From NCBI GenBank assembly GCA_001782045.1, contig MFNK01000003.1, positions 101,905 to 165,904 of the forward strand: DNA of 64,000 bases, read 5' to 3'. The translations under genes and the position numbers were made by a program. Under the pieces are notes generated by a model. That model was not told the DNA's origin. It did not search any database and worked only from the letters and a program-made list of their open reading frames with translations. Source of the stretch: Candidatus Levybacteria bacterium RIFCSPHIGHO2_01_FULL_36_15b (GTDB lineage: Bacteria > Patescibacteriota > Microgenomatia > Levybacterales > UBA12049). Positions 36,881 to 45,839 of the stretch are shown piece after piece; the stretch's first letter is position 1, and every line of letters begins with the position of its first letter.

Positions 36881-36927
36881 CGTCAATTCTTGTCCCGCAA
36901 AGCGAGGCAAGCGGACAAGACATGACG
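36881..36927. repeat. GC-rich branched palindrome in the tRNA-Leu(TAA) leader
   Basis: CGTCA/TGACG and TCTTGTCC/GGACAAGA arms enclosing CGCAAAGCG. Confidence 0.55.
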
Positions 36928-36968
36928 TAAAATCATTTTACAAAAGCAAAGAGTATTATTCAATAGCT

Positions 36969-37898
36969 TCAAATGTGCTGCGGAGGTATTACGCCTAAAG
37001 ACTTTAGTGAAAAATCTAATAAATTTTTCATTTCCTGCCTTCTGTCGCTACTATTAAGAAGCACACTTATAATTTGATGTTCCCCATACTCCAAGTATGT
37101 AACTAAACAATATCCTGCTTCATTTGTAAATCCAATTTTTACACCCTTCACACCAGGATAACTTGAAATTAAATTTGTTTCGTTTTCCATAATATATGCT
37201 TTGTGCGTTGGCGATGCCTGAATGGTATATATAAACGTTTTAGAAACGTCTCTAAATGATTGAAATTTATCTAAAGCATACTTTGTAATCACTACCAAAT
37301 CTTTTGCCGTAGAGTGCTGGTTTCCGTCTCCTTCAAGACCCGTAGGGTTAGTAAAGTTAGTATCTTTTAAGCCTAAATCCTTAGCTTTTTTATTCATTGC
37401 CGCAATAAAAGCTATTCTTCCGCCGGGGTAATTACTTGCTAAAGTTTCTGCCGTATCATTTCCGCTTCTAAGTATCAAACCATACAACAATTCTTTCAAA
37501 GAAAGTACTTCTCCTGCCTCAAGTCCCATTGAATTTTCTCCGACTAAATCTTCGCTTTTAACTAAATATTTATCGTCTTTTTTTGGATTTTCTAAAGCTA
37601 CAACAGCAGTCATAATTTTTGTTAAAGAAGCAATTGGAAGTTTTTGTGAGGAATTTTTATCAAATAAAATTTTTTCGTCCGTTAAATCGTAAGCAAATGC
37701 AGACGTGGCAGATACAAAAGGCGCTTTGGCAGAATCTTTTATTATATTTTGTACCCCTGAAAACCAAAAGTAAGTATTAGGAAGAGGAGAAACAATTTTT
37801 CCAAAAGTATCATTTTGAAAATTTAGAAATACTAAATAAAAAACAATTACTCCAAATAGTAGCAAAATAAATCCCAAAAAAACTTTAACCTTTGACAT
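36969..37898 (-). CDS. D-alanyl-D-alanine carboxypeptidase (peptidase S11)
   Basis: IASLTKIMT, SGND, FTNPTGL, KIGFT. Confidence 0.92.
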   Translation of the reverse strand: MSKVKVFLGFILLLFGVIVFYLVFLNFQNDTFGKIVSPLPNTYFWFSGVQNIIKDSAKAPFVSATSAFAYDLTDEKILFDKNSSQKLPIASLTKIMTAVVALENPKKDDKYLVKSEDLVGENSMGLEAGEVLSLKELLYGLILRSGNDTAETLASNYPGGRIAFIAAMNKKAKDLGLKDTNFTNPTGLEGDGNQHSTAKDLVVITKYALDKFQSFRDVSKTFIYTIQASPTHKAYIMENETNLISSYPGVKGVKIGFTNEAGYCLVTYLEYGEHQIISVLLNSSDRRQEMKNLLDFSLKSLGVIPPQHI

Positions 37899-37963
37899 AA
37901 TAGTATTTTACAAAATTTTAATATTTATTGAAGCATTTAATCATATCTGATACGATTCTTAAA

Positions 37964-39520
37964 ATGTCTAAGGCCTTATTTCTATCACTCTTTGTTAGTA
38001 TTTTAATATTTATTTTTTTTATTACAGTAAATATAAATTTACCATATGTCGGACCTAATGCAACAAATTTTAATGTATATTCTCTGATTGCTCATAACTT
38101 TAATAAGTTCGGGTATTTAGAAACAAAATTAGCTCCAATTATTTCTGTAAGCGAAAAATATCCTGCAAATCCTGAATATTTTTTCCACCACCCTACTCTA
38201 TTGTCTTTTACAGAATCTATACTTTTTAAAATATTTGGTGAGCAGTTTTGGGTAGGAAGACTCACGGTAATTTTATTTTCTTTAGGATCTTTATTTCTTA
38301 TTTATCTGATAGGAAAAAACTTATTGAACGAAACTTTCGGAGCAATCTCGGCTTTGGTTTTTACGCTTATCCCCGCGTCAACAATATGGGGGAAAATGAT
38401 TGGTCAAGAACCGCTAGTTTTATTCTTTTGTCTTGCAGCCCTGTACTGCTCATTGATTTTTCTTGAGAAAAAAGAAAACAAGTATCTTATTCTAGCTGGT
38501 ATATCGTTGATTCTGGGAACGTTGAGCGACTGGCCTGCAATAATTTTTGCATTCTCGCTAATTTTTCTGTTCAGGAAGTATAGTGAGGTGCGTAAGTATT
38601 CTTACGTACTAGTAGTTGCAGTAGGAATGTTTTTACTTCTACTTTTCTATACATACTTTTTAAGAAATGGATTCTGGGATTTACAAAATGCCATTGGATT
38701 AAGAACTGCATTAGGGCTTTCAAAAGACTGGTTATTTTTCTTGCCCACGCAGCTTATTAGAATTTTAATTTACCTAAATTCATTATTTGTTTTGTTTACC
38801 ATTGCAGTTGGTTTATATATTTATAAAAAGAATAAATTTAAGAATTTGGACAAAACAAGCTTGACCCTTTTAGTATTTTTTTCTTTCTTTTTAATTCACC
38901 AATTATTGTATGCTCAAGCAGTATTTTCCCATAACTATCTTTTGTATTACAGCATACCTTTTTTTGCATTCGGTTCTTCCTACTTAATCTATATTCTTTA
39001 TACGAATAAGCGTTATACTTATCTATCTTTAGCAATTCTAACTTCGTTTATATATTTGATTGTTATTTCCGATTACAAAAACAAACAGGTAGAATCAAAT
39101 TTGTGGAGGTACGAATTTGCCCAAAAAATTTCTTCTTATATTCCAAAATATGAAACTGTAGTTTTAAATCAATCGTATTCAGTTGATCCTGATTTGCTTT
39201 GGTATCCATTTTCAATAAACGTGATGGTGAGTGACGATAAGAGCGCAAATTTTTATTCAAAAAACTATAAATATTATATTTATTCCTGCATAGATTCATG
39301 CCCAACAAACATAAAATTATTGAATACATTAGGAAGCGAACATAAGACTACTCGCATTAAGACAACTCAGGCAGAAGCATATGTTATTTACCTCAATGAG
39401 AAAAAAAATGATGAAGATTATGTTTTTCTAAAAACAAGCCCATCGAATTTATTGGATGGAACTTTTGTAAAAAAAATATACAATAATCTACGGAGCCTTT
39501 TATATACATCTCAAATCTAG
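37964..39520 (+). CDS. GT-C fold glycosyltransferase (ArnT/PMT-like)
   Basis: polytopic; FHHPTL, FGEQFWVGRL; start moved to ATG 37964. Confidence 0.7.
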   Translation: MSKALFLSLFVSILIFIFFITVNINLPYVGPNATNFNVYSLIAHNFNKFGYLETKLAPIISVSEKYPANPEYFFHHPTLLSFTESILFKIFGEQFWVGRLTVILFSLGSLFLIYLIGKNLLNETFGAISALVFTLIPASTIWGKMIGQEPLVLFFCLAALYCSLIFLEKKENKYLILAGISLILGTLSDWPAIIFAFSLIFLFRKYSEVRKYSYVLVVAVGMFLLLLFYTYFLRNGFWDLQNAIGLRTALGLSKDWLFFLPTQLIRILIYLNSLFVLFTIAVGLYIYKKNKFKNLDKTSLTLLVFFSFFLIHQLLYAQAVFSHNYLLYYSIPFFAFGSSYLIYILYTNKRYTYLSLAILTSFIYLIVISDYKNKQVESNLWRYEFAQKISSYIPKYETVVLNQSYSVDPDLLWYPFSINVMVSDDKSANFYSKNYKYYIYSCIDSCPTNIKLLNTLGSEHKTTRIKTTQAEAYVIYLNEKKNDEDYVFLKTSPSNLLDGTFVKKIYNNLRSLLYTSQI

Positions 39521-39534
39521 TAAAATACACATAT

Positions 39535-39605
39535 TGCCGAGTCGTCTAATGGTAGGACAACGGACTTTGGATCCGTTTATTCTGGTTCGAATCCGGGCTC
39601 GGCAG
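39535..39605 (+). tRNA. tRNA-Gln(TTG)
   Basis: ACGGA-CTTTGGA-TCCGT. Confidence 0.95.
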
Positions 39606-39649
39606 CTTTCCCTTTAAATTTACTACCTCGTCTGCTATAATTCCCTCCT

Positions 39650-40075
39650 ATGATTGAACAACGTTTCAGACAGCGTACTGAAGAAGAAGGTAGAGAGTAT
39701 TTAGCAAAATGGGAAAGCCTTTTTTTGGGCATGCTTGCTGCTTATACTAAAACTGGACGTTCCTTTTATGATCTTGAACCCTTAATAGAATTTGTGGGAC
39801 CGGAAGGAAAGTTTACAGTTGCTCCGATTGCGTACTTAATAAATAAAGATATTAATCCCAGGATTATAACAGTGGACATATATAGAGACGGCGAGGTTAT
39901 TCAAAGGGCAATGGCTTTAGCGACTTGGGAAAATGGCAGGCCAACTGTTAGGCGTGAAGATATTGATCAAAGAACGACTTTGGGATACGAGCAGTATAAT
40001 TTTGATCAATTTATTGATTTAGCGGCGAGGGCTCTAAATAATCCTGAAATACCCGATAGTTCCCCTTCCAACTAA
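39650..40075 (+). CDS. hypothetical protein
   Basis: 141 aa; TGCTATAAT 8 nt before the ATG. Confidence 0.65.
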   Translation: MIEQRFRQRTEEEGREYLAKWESLFLGMLAAYTKTGRSFYDLEPLIEFVGPEGKFTVAPIAYLINKDINPRIITVDIYRDGEVIQRAMALATWENGRPTVRREDIDQRTTLGYEQYNFDQFIDLAARALNNPEIPDSSPSN

Positions 40076-40196
40076 AAAACAATCTCATCTGAGTTTAGAT
40101 AAAGACACTGCTATAATGACTAAACGGATCTTGACCGGTATGCTCAGCATAATCGTTCTTCGAATTTAACTTAAGTAAAAGTAATTAAGAATCGAA

Positions 40197-40547
40197 CTAA
40201 GTCCTGCTTCGGGGTTTATGTTTCTTGTGATATTCCCATAATTCAGTAGGCGCACTGTCTTCTTTTGTAAGTAAGGCGATAGGTATTCTTGACGGTAATT
40301 CAATCCAATGCCCATCAAGTCCGCCAGTTATGTGTATTAACACCGAACTATTGAACCCAACTCTAGGATTTGACAAAACTTCATCTCCAGTTGCCAAAAT
40401 GTCTCCAATTTTTAATGCTCTCGGTTGAGCTAGTCGCTCAGTTCTTAAAAGATTTGTGCCATTTCCGTATTCCTTTAGGTGTCTTTCAAATCCATAAGGC
40501 CTACCATGTTCATCCATAGGTCTACCTGGTATTTCTCTTTCTGCCAT
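40197..40547 (-). CDS. hypothetical protein
   Basis: 116-aa ATG ORF with TTGACA upstream. Confidence 0.6.
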   Translation of the reverse strand: MAEREIPGRPMDEHGRPYGFERHLKEYGNGTNLLRTERLAQPRALKIGDILATGDEVLSNPRVGFNSSVLIHITGGLDGHWIELPSRIPIALLTKEDSAPTELWEYHKKHKPRSRT

Positions 40548-40657
40548 AAAAAAATGCTCTTTCGAGCAGTTGAAATATGTTACATCCGGTAAAGTTTGTT
40601 GTCAATAGTTAAGGTCACTAAATATTGGGTAAATTCTGATATAATAATTCGGTTACC

Positions 40658-40729
40658 CGGGGTGTAGTTCATCGGTAGAACGCTCGGTTTGGGACCGAGA
40701 AGTAAGAGGTCCAATTCCTCTCACCCCGA
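40658..40729 (+). tRNA. tRNA-Pro(TGG)
   Basis: CTCGG-TTTGGGA-CCGAG; atypical T-loop TCCAATT. Confidence 0.9.
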
Positions 40730-40738
40730 CACTAAATC

Positions 40739-41038
40739 TTATTTACCTCCAAAATACCAAATTCCACTTACAATTCCTAAGTTGAGGGTGAATATTAATA
40801 TTTGACTAAAGAAAATCCAAGTCTTGTGATGTTCTTTCCAATAAAATAGCCATAAGAAAGATGAAATTGTATAAGCTCCCCAAGTAGTAAAAGATAATCC
40901 TGCAACGTCTTGCTTTGTCCATACCTGTAAAAATTGAGGAATAGTAAATAAAGGACCTAAGAAGGCAACGATATACATTATATGATCAAAAAGACTTACC
41001 GGTTTTTTATGAAGATGCTGGTGCATTCCTTGCAACAT
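40739..41038 (-). CDS. PQ-loop/SemiSWEET family transporter
   Basis: three TM helices, IPQFLQVW..DVAGLS..W. Confidence 0.75.
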   Translation of the reverse strand: MLQGMHQHLHKKPVSLFDHIMYIVAFLGPLFTIPQFLQVWTKQDVAGLSFTTWGAYTISSFLWLFYWKEHHKTWIFFSQILIFTLNLGIVSGIWYFGGK

Positions 41039-41195
41039 AGAGTTATCGTATATTAATTTTAAATTCTTGACAAGATAAGAGCTCCTGACGTGATCTTAGC
41101 CAGACTGCCAGAGTTTATCAGATTGTTCCTATCTGACGGTCTATTACCGGATTTAGTCTATACCTTAGGTCTAAAAAATGCATAAATATGCATAG

Positions 41196-41861
41196 TTATA
41201 AATCTTTCCAGTTAATAAGTTTGATTCTTAAATTTTTAACTTCCTGTGCTATTCTTTGAGAAGTAAGTGTTTTTAATTCTAGCTCGCGCTGCTCAGAATA
41301 GGAACTTTTAAGATCAGCGCTCAATATTCCAGGATGGCACATTAGTTCAGACGTGCCTTCTGGCAAGCTGTTGAGAATTTTAACTAGATTTGCGATAGAT
41401 ATAGCTTCCATTGACGGCATACCAAAGAAAGAATTAATGAAATTAATTTGACCTCGGTAGGGTATGTAATTCTCTTTACACCACTTGCGGATAAATGGAT
41501 AAATCCTTGGCATCTTATGAATATGATGGTGACCATCTATGTGATCGGGTAGCATTCCCACCAGTTTATTAAAAGCGTCTATCTGATTAAGAAACTCCTT
41601 CTTGGTTTTTTCTATAAGTACCGAGGCAATTACTCTTTTAGTTTGCCAAAGTGCTGTAAAATCATCATCTTCAATTTGAAAGTGGAGTCCTAGGCTAAGT
41701 TTTGGATTTTGTTTTGCAAGCCTTACTCCATGTAAAGCTGCCTTACTATTTACCATAAGAGAAGTGCTAGTGACTATGCCATCTCGATGAGCTTTGACTA
41801 TTCCTTCGTTAATTCCATTGGAATAACCAAAATCATCAGCATTAACAATAAGCCTTTTCAT
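41196..41861 (-). CDS. ChbG/YdjC family carbohydrate deacetylase
   Basis: LIVNADDFG, TSTSLMVN, HIDGHHHIH, ELMCHPG. Confidence 0.9.
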   Translation of the reverse strand: MKRLIVNADDFGYSNGINEGIVKAHRDGIVTSTSLMVNSKAALHGVRLAKQNPKLSLGLHFQIEDDDFTALWQTKRVIASVLIEKTKKEFLNQIDAFNKLVGMLPDHIDGHHHIHKMPRIYPFIRKWCKENYIPYRGQINFINSFFGMPSMEAISIANLVKILNSLPEGTSELMCHPGILSADLKSSYSEQRELELKTLTSQRIAQEVKNLRIKLINWKDL

Positions 41862-41978
41862 TACTGTATATTTTAACAGAAGTTCGACTCCCGTAAGGGT
41901 GTTAGGTTATAGGGTTAAATTTAGACAAATTTTAGAACTCTTCCGAAGCTAAAACTTGCAAAGTTCGATCTTTTTCTA

Positions 41979-42052
41979 TGGAGCGGGTGAAGGGAATCGA
42001 ACCCTCGTATCAACTTTGGAAAAGTTGTGTTCTGCCATTGAACTACACCCGC
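41979..42052 (-). tRNA. tRNA-Gly(TCC)
   Basis: CAACT-TTTCCAA-AGTTG, encoded CCA. Confidence 0.95.
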
Positions 42053-42092
42053 GTAAAGAATATTATACTAGACTGAACTTATTTGCTCAAGA

Positions 42093-42929
42093 TTATATTA
42101 TTTCAAATAGAAGTTTAAATACTTCGTAAAAACCCCAAAGCGCCAGTACTATAAATGCCAGTCCTCCGATAATTAAAACAACAGGATGACGTACTACTTG
42201 GACCGTCTTTGAGGGCCAAATAAACAATCCAATATTTAAAATCATATGCCCAAGCATTACTCCTAATGCAAATCCAAATAAATTAACTACGTCAAAAAGA
42301 GGAATATAACCTGCAAAATCATCTAAGCCCAAAATAAACGGAATGGTAAAAGAAAAAACCGCCAAGTTTGTAAAAGAAAGTTTTTTTGCACGTGTTAAAT
42401 TAAGGTGAGGAACAAAATATCTAAGAATAGGTCGGAATAACTTATTTACAAAATTTAATTGAGACTGAAGAAGATACACCGGCATTTTAATATCTATTAA
42501 GAAGCTTTTTCTTTGTTTAAGAAATTCTTCTAAGCTTTCCTGAGCCATTCTAAGAAGTACAATAGAGGCAACAAAAATCATAATCATCATTAGAAATGGA
42601 ATTTCTTTAAATACTACCCAAACGATTAAAACTGCAAACGTTCCGAATGCATTCCCTACAGCCGTTCCAAGCTCTATTGCAATTCTTTTTTGCCAACCGG
42701 GGTTTGTATGCATTAAATTGCCGATAAATATTGCAAAGTCTATTGCGGTTTTAAGATAAATAGCAATTCCGATAAGAATATCCCGTTTTCTAAAATCTAA
42801 AACTATTTTGTCAGTTAAGGGAAATGTATTTAAAATTAAAAGAAGTCCGTACAAAAGCGTTGAAAGGACAAAAAATGTAAGAATTGTTAATGCAACCGGG
42901 ATAACTTGACGAATAAAAACTTTTTTCAT
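42093..42929 (-). CDS. polytopic membrane protein (CadD/LysE superfamily-like)
   Basis: about 7 TM segments; TAIDF and GLDDFAGYIPLF resemble CadD motifs. Confidence 0.55.
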   Translation of the reverse strand: MKKVFIRQVIPVALTILTFFVLSTLLYGLLLILNTFPLTDKIVLDFRKRDILIGIAIYLKTAIDFAIFIGNLMHTNPGWQKRIAIELGTAVGNAFGTFAVLIVWVVFKEIPFLMMIMIFVASIVLLRMAQESLEEFLKQRKSFLIDIKMPVYLLQSQLNFVNKLFRPILRYFVPHLNLTRAKKLSFTNLAVFSFTIPFILGLDDFAGYIPLFDVVNLFGFALGVMLGHMILNIGLFIWPSKTVQVVRHPVVLIIGGLAFIVLALWGFYEVFKLLFEII

Positions 42930-43002
42930 TGATAAATTCTATACGATTATACAATAATATTTAACTTTCGTTCTGAACTTATTTTTGCTAAAATACAAAC
43001 AT

Positions 43003-43075
43003 GGCCCTGTAGCTCAACGGATAGAGCGAGTGCGTTCTAAGCACCAGGTTGGGGGTTCGATTCCCTCCAGGGTCG
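43003..43075 (+). tRNA. tRNA-Arg(TCT)
   Basis: GTGC-GTTCTAA-GCAC, GGTTCGATTCC. Confidence 0.92.
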
Positions 43076-43077
43076 CA

Positions 43078-43115
43078 GAAAAACTTTCGTGAGCTTTAGC
43101 TTGTGGGAGTTTTTT
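43078..43115 (+). terminator. terminator-like hairpin after tRNA-Arg
   Basis: AAAAACTTTCGTGAGC-TTTA-GCTTGTGGGAGTTTTTT with G:U pairs. Confidence 0.55.
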
Positions 43116-43217
43116 GCGTCTTGCAGTAATCGAACCTGCCGGACGAACGTTAGTTCGGAGGCGGGGTCGCGAAGCTGCGAAGCAGAACTTGTGACTTCGA
43201 TTCCCTCCAGGGTCGCA
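43116..43217. repeat. tRNA-3'-end-derived palindromic element with a 22-bp direct repeat
   Basis: TTCGATTCCCTCCAGGGTCGCA at 43056-43077 and 43196-43217; degenerate inverted copy at 43116-43136. Confidence 0.8.
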
Positions 43218-43243
43218 CTTCGGCAAGCTCACAACAAGAAAAT

Positions 43244-44455
43244 CTATCTAGTAATTCCAAGCAGCGGATACTCATCCCACAAGCTGGCTATATATAAGCA
43301 GTTAAAAACTACCCCTAAGGTTATAAGCAAAATTGCGGGTTTTGAAAGTTTGGGTTGCAAAGATGGTATAAGCATTAAGAAAAGAAACGGCAAAAAATCC
43401 AAAGCATAACGGTAGCCAAATTGTGCAAATCCAATGCTATACCAGGTAAATATCGGAAGTGCGATTGCCACAGTTGTAACTAGAGATGGTACATAGTACA
43501 AATTTCGCTTAAAGCGGAAAAGTAGCAGGAATAATGGAGATGTAAACCAGATTGCCATTCCCCACGGATCCGCCTTAATAAAAGGAAATTTAAATACAAA
43601 ACCGTCACGGAAATATAAAATTGGTTCAGGTGGTTTTACAAAAAAGCTATATAAGTTTGCCGGAATATGAATTAATCCCCTCTCTGCATATTCTTTATTT
43701 TTAGACAGAGGATATGGGTCTTGAATATGGTATCCATATCCGGTTTCTGTAAATGAGTTAAATCTTAAGTAATTATAACCTCCATATACTAGACCAAAAA
43801 ACATTATTGGTATAAAAATTAGCGCGATTTGCTTTTTCGATAAGCGTTTTTTTATAAATTCTATAAAAAAGAATATAGCTGCAAGCACTAGGGTTATCCT
43901 TGTTAACATTGCAAGCCCTAAAAGAATACCCATAACAAGAGGTCTTTTTTTTGAAAAGTATTCAGCCAAAGCAAGCAAAATTAGTGGCATTCCAATTGCC
44001 TCTACAGTATAGGAAGTTATATTAATTACGCTCGTTGAAAAAAGAACGGTTGAAAATACAAAAAATAAAGAAAGCCATAAGGAATCAACTTTGCTAAACT
44101 TAAATGATTTCGAAATAGAATAGACTGCAAAAAAAGAAATTATTAGTCCCACTATTCCTAAGACAACTTGCGGAAAGCTCTTGCCTAAAATAGCAACTGC
44201 AGGTATAAGAATAATTGAGGCAAGAGGACCAAAGTAAATATAATACTTCCCATTGTATATAGAGATATCCCCCACCGGTAAGTCTAAATTAGGCTCAAGC
44301 GATATATGACCTTTTAAAAATTGCATTGCCAATAAGTTAAGTGATATATCCCAGTTATATATTGCTGCTGTTTTTAAAATTAGAAAAGCGGAAAAAATTG
44401 CAAAAATTAAAAGCGCAAAAAATAATATCTTTTTGTTCTTTTCTTGCATATGCAT
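43244..44455 (-). CDS. polytopic membrane protein, probable GT-C glycosyltransferase
   Basis: YNGKYYIYFGP, NYLRFNSFTETGY, QFGYRYALDF; about 10 TM segments. Confidence 0.6.
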   Translation of the reverse strand: MHMQEKNKKILFFALLIFAIFSAFLILKTAAIYNWDISLNLLAMQFLKGHISLEPNLDLPVGDISIYNGKYYIYFGPLASIILIPAVAILGKSFPQVVLGIVGLIISFFAVYSISKSFKFSKVDSLWLSLFFVFSTVLFSTSVINITSYTVEAIGMPLILLALAEYFSKKRPLVMGILLGLAMLTRITLVLAAIFFFIEFIKKRLSKKQIALIFIPIMFFGLVYGGYNYLRFNSFTETGYGYHIQDPYPLSKNKEYAERGLIHIPANLYSFFVKPPEPILYFRDGFVFKFPFIKADPWGMAIWFTSPLFLLLFRFKRNLYYVPSLVTTVAIALPIFTWYSIGFAQFGYRYALDFLPFLFLMLIPSLQPKLSKPAILLITLGVVFNCLYIASLWDEYPLLGITR

Positions 44456-44534
44456 AATAGAGTTTTATCTTAATGACAATAAAAAAGCAAGAAGTGTTAA
44501 ATAAAGCTGAAAAATATTGTATAATCTAAGGCAC

Positions 44535-44610
44535 GGTGGATGTAGCTCAGCAGCAGAGCGCCTGGTTGTGGTCCAGGAGGTGGCGGGGGCGGCACCCGTC
44601 TTCCACCCCA
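44535..44610 (+). tRNA. tRNA-His(GTG) with non-canonical D and T loops
   Basis: CCTGG-TTGTGGT-CCAGG; G-1/C73; encoded CCA; T-loop GGCGGCA. Confidence 0.88.
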
Positions 44611-44617
44611 CAACGTT

Positions 44618-45166
44618 ATGCCCGCAATTAATTTTGAAGTAAAGCTGATTAAAATTAGGGATTGGACAATTATTAGGCTTCCGGAGAGTGTATCAGCAAA
44701 GCTTCCCTCCAGGGGCATGACAATGGTTTCTGGAACCATTAATGGTGCTTCTTTTAAAACATTACTTGAACCGGATGGAAGGTATGGTCCAGAAAAAAAA
44801 CCCAGCCACTGGTTTAGGCCTGACAAAAAATTGCTGGGTGAGGCTAGAGCAGCGGCAGGTGATACCGTACGAGTCTCGCTTGAGCCGACCAAAGAGTGGA
44901 TAGAGCCTGAAGTTCCCGAAGATTTGAAGAAAGCTCTTTCGACATCCAGAAGAGCAGAAGATTTATGGAATGATATTACTCCACTTGCCCGTTGGGACTG
45001 GATTCGCTGGATACGAGCTGTTAAAACAGCTGAAACGCGCCAAAAGCATATTGAAGTGGCTTTAGACAAGCTTAACAAGGGCATGAGAAGACCATGCTGT
45101 TTTAACCGCAATTTGTGTAGCGAACCCTACGTATCGCACAATTGGGTTCTCCTCGATCCGAGTTGA
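44618..45166 (+). CDS. DUF1905 plus YdeI/OmpD-associated family protein
   Basis: LPSRG..VSGTING, GDTVRV, VPEDLKKAL, WIRAVKTAETR. Confidence 0.8.
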   Translation: MPAINFEVKLIKIRDWTIIRLPESVSAKLPSRGMTMVSGTINGASFKTLLEPDGRYGPEKKPSHWFRPDKKLLGEARAAAGDTVRVSLEPTKEWIEPEVPEDLKKALSTSRRAEDLWNDITPLARWDWIRWIRAVKTAETRQKHIEVALDKLNKGMRRPCCFNRNLCSEPYVSHNWVLLDPS

Positions 45167-45217
45167 AATGTGGACAAATATTCGGCAGCTACCCACTATT
45201 TTTTGTATAATTAGAGC

Positions 45218-45760
45218 ATGGTAGATAAAAAAGAGGGGCTTCAACCAAAAGTTATTGACAAACAAGAAGTAGTAAATAGACTGAGACTTGCAAACGAGGA
45301 TTTAAGGGAAACAATTTCGAGAATTGACTCTAGAGATCTAGAAAGAACGCAGGTAACAGATGAGGGATGGACAGTCAAGGATGTTCTTAGTCATTTGGCA
45401 GCGTGGAACACCCAATATCTTATTGAAATTAATGGAATTTTACGAAATGATGCTTCTTGGCAAAAATTTTATGAAGATAAAGCGGGAGAGGATGAATTTA
45501 ATAGACTTGCTGTAGAGGAAAGAAAAGCAAAGCCGTTCTCTCAAGTTTTTGACGAATGGAGCTCTTCGATAAATAGAGTTATTGAGAGAGTTGAAGCTTT
45601 GTCCCTCGCCGAGTGGATTTATCAAAGCGGAAGCGATGTATGGAGCGATGGTAGTCCTATAACTGTGTATTCTCTTTTTAACTATAGTTACAATAATAAA
45701 CCTCATGAGGCTGGTCATGCTCAAGCCATAAGAGAACGTCTTGGATTGGATAAAAATTGA
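45218..45760 (+). CDS. DinB/YfiT-like four-helix bundle protein (ClbS/DfsB-like)
   Basis: GWTVKDVLSHLAAW and C-terminal HEAGH. Confidence 0.8.
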   Translation: MVDKKEGLQPKVIDKQEVVNRLRLANEDLRETISRIDSRDLERTQVTDEGWTVKDVLSHLAAWNTQYLIEINGILRNDASWQKFYEDKAGEDEFNRLAVEERKAKPFSQVFDEWSSSINRVIERVEALSLAEWIYQSGSDVWSDGSPITVYSLFNYSYNNKPHEAGHAQAIRERLGLDKN

Positions 45761-45839
45761 CCTAGATTGTCACTTTACTCCATCATATACTATACCCTAT
45801 AGTTTGACTTTAATGTTTGCTTTTGTTAAACTTTCTCAC

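Noticed and set aside
40113-40172. 17-aa hydrophobic mini-ORF MTKRILTGMLSIIVLRI as a type I toxin
   Set aside because: Its ATG overlaps the TATAAT box, there is no SD and no antitoxin evidence.
41880-41970. AAGTTCGA fragments resembling tRNA T-loops (att scar or tRNA pseudogene)
   Set aside because: Only about 8 bp match, in the wrong orientation for a duplication of the adjacent tRNA-Gly 3' end, and no cloverleaf.
43056-43217. 22-bp direct repeat as a CRISPR array or prophage boundary
   Set aside because: Only two copies, derived from a tRNA, with no cas, integrase or phage genes.
43014-43409. ORFs 43014-43232 and 43089-43409
   Set aside because: They are read through tRNA-Arg and the palindromic element.
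44497-45111. 204-aa minus-strand ORF with a poly-Pro run
   Set aside because: It is antisense to tRNA-His and the YdeI-family gene; the Pro run is the complement of the G-rich T arm.
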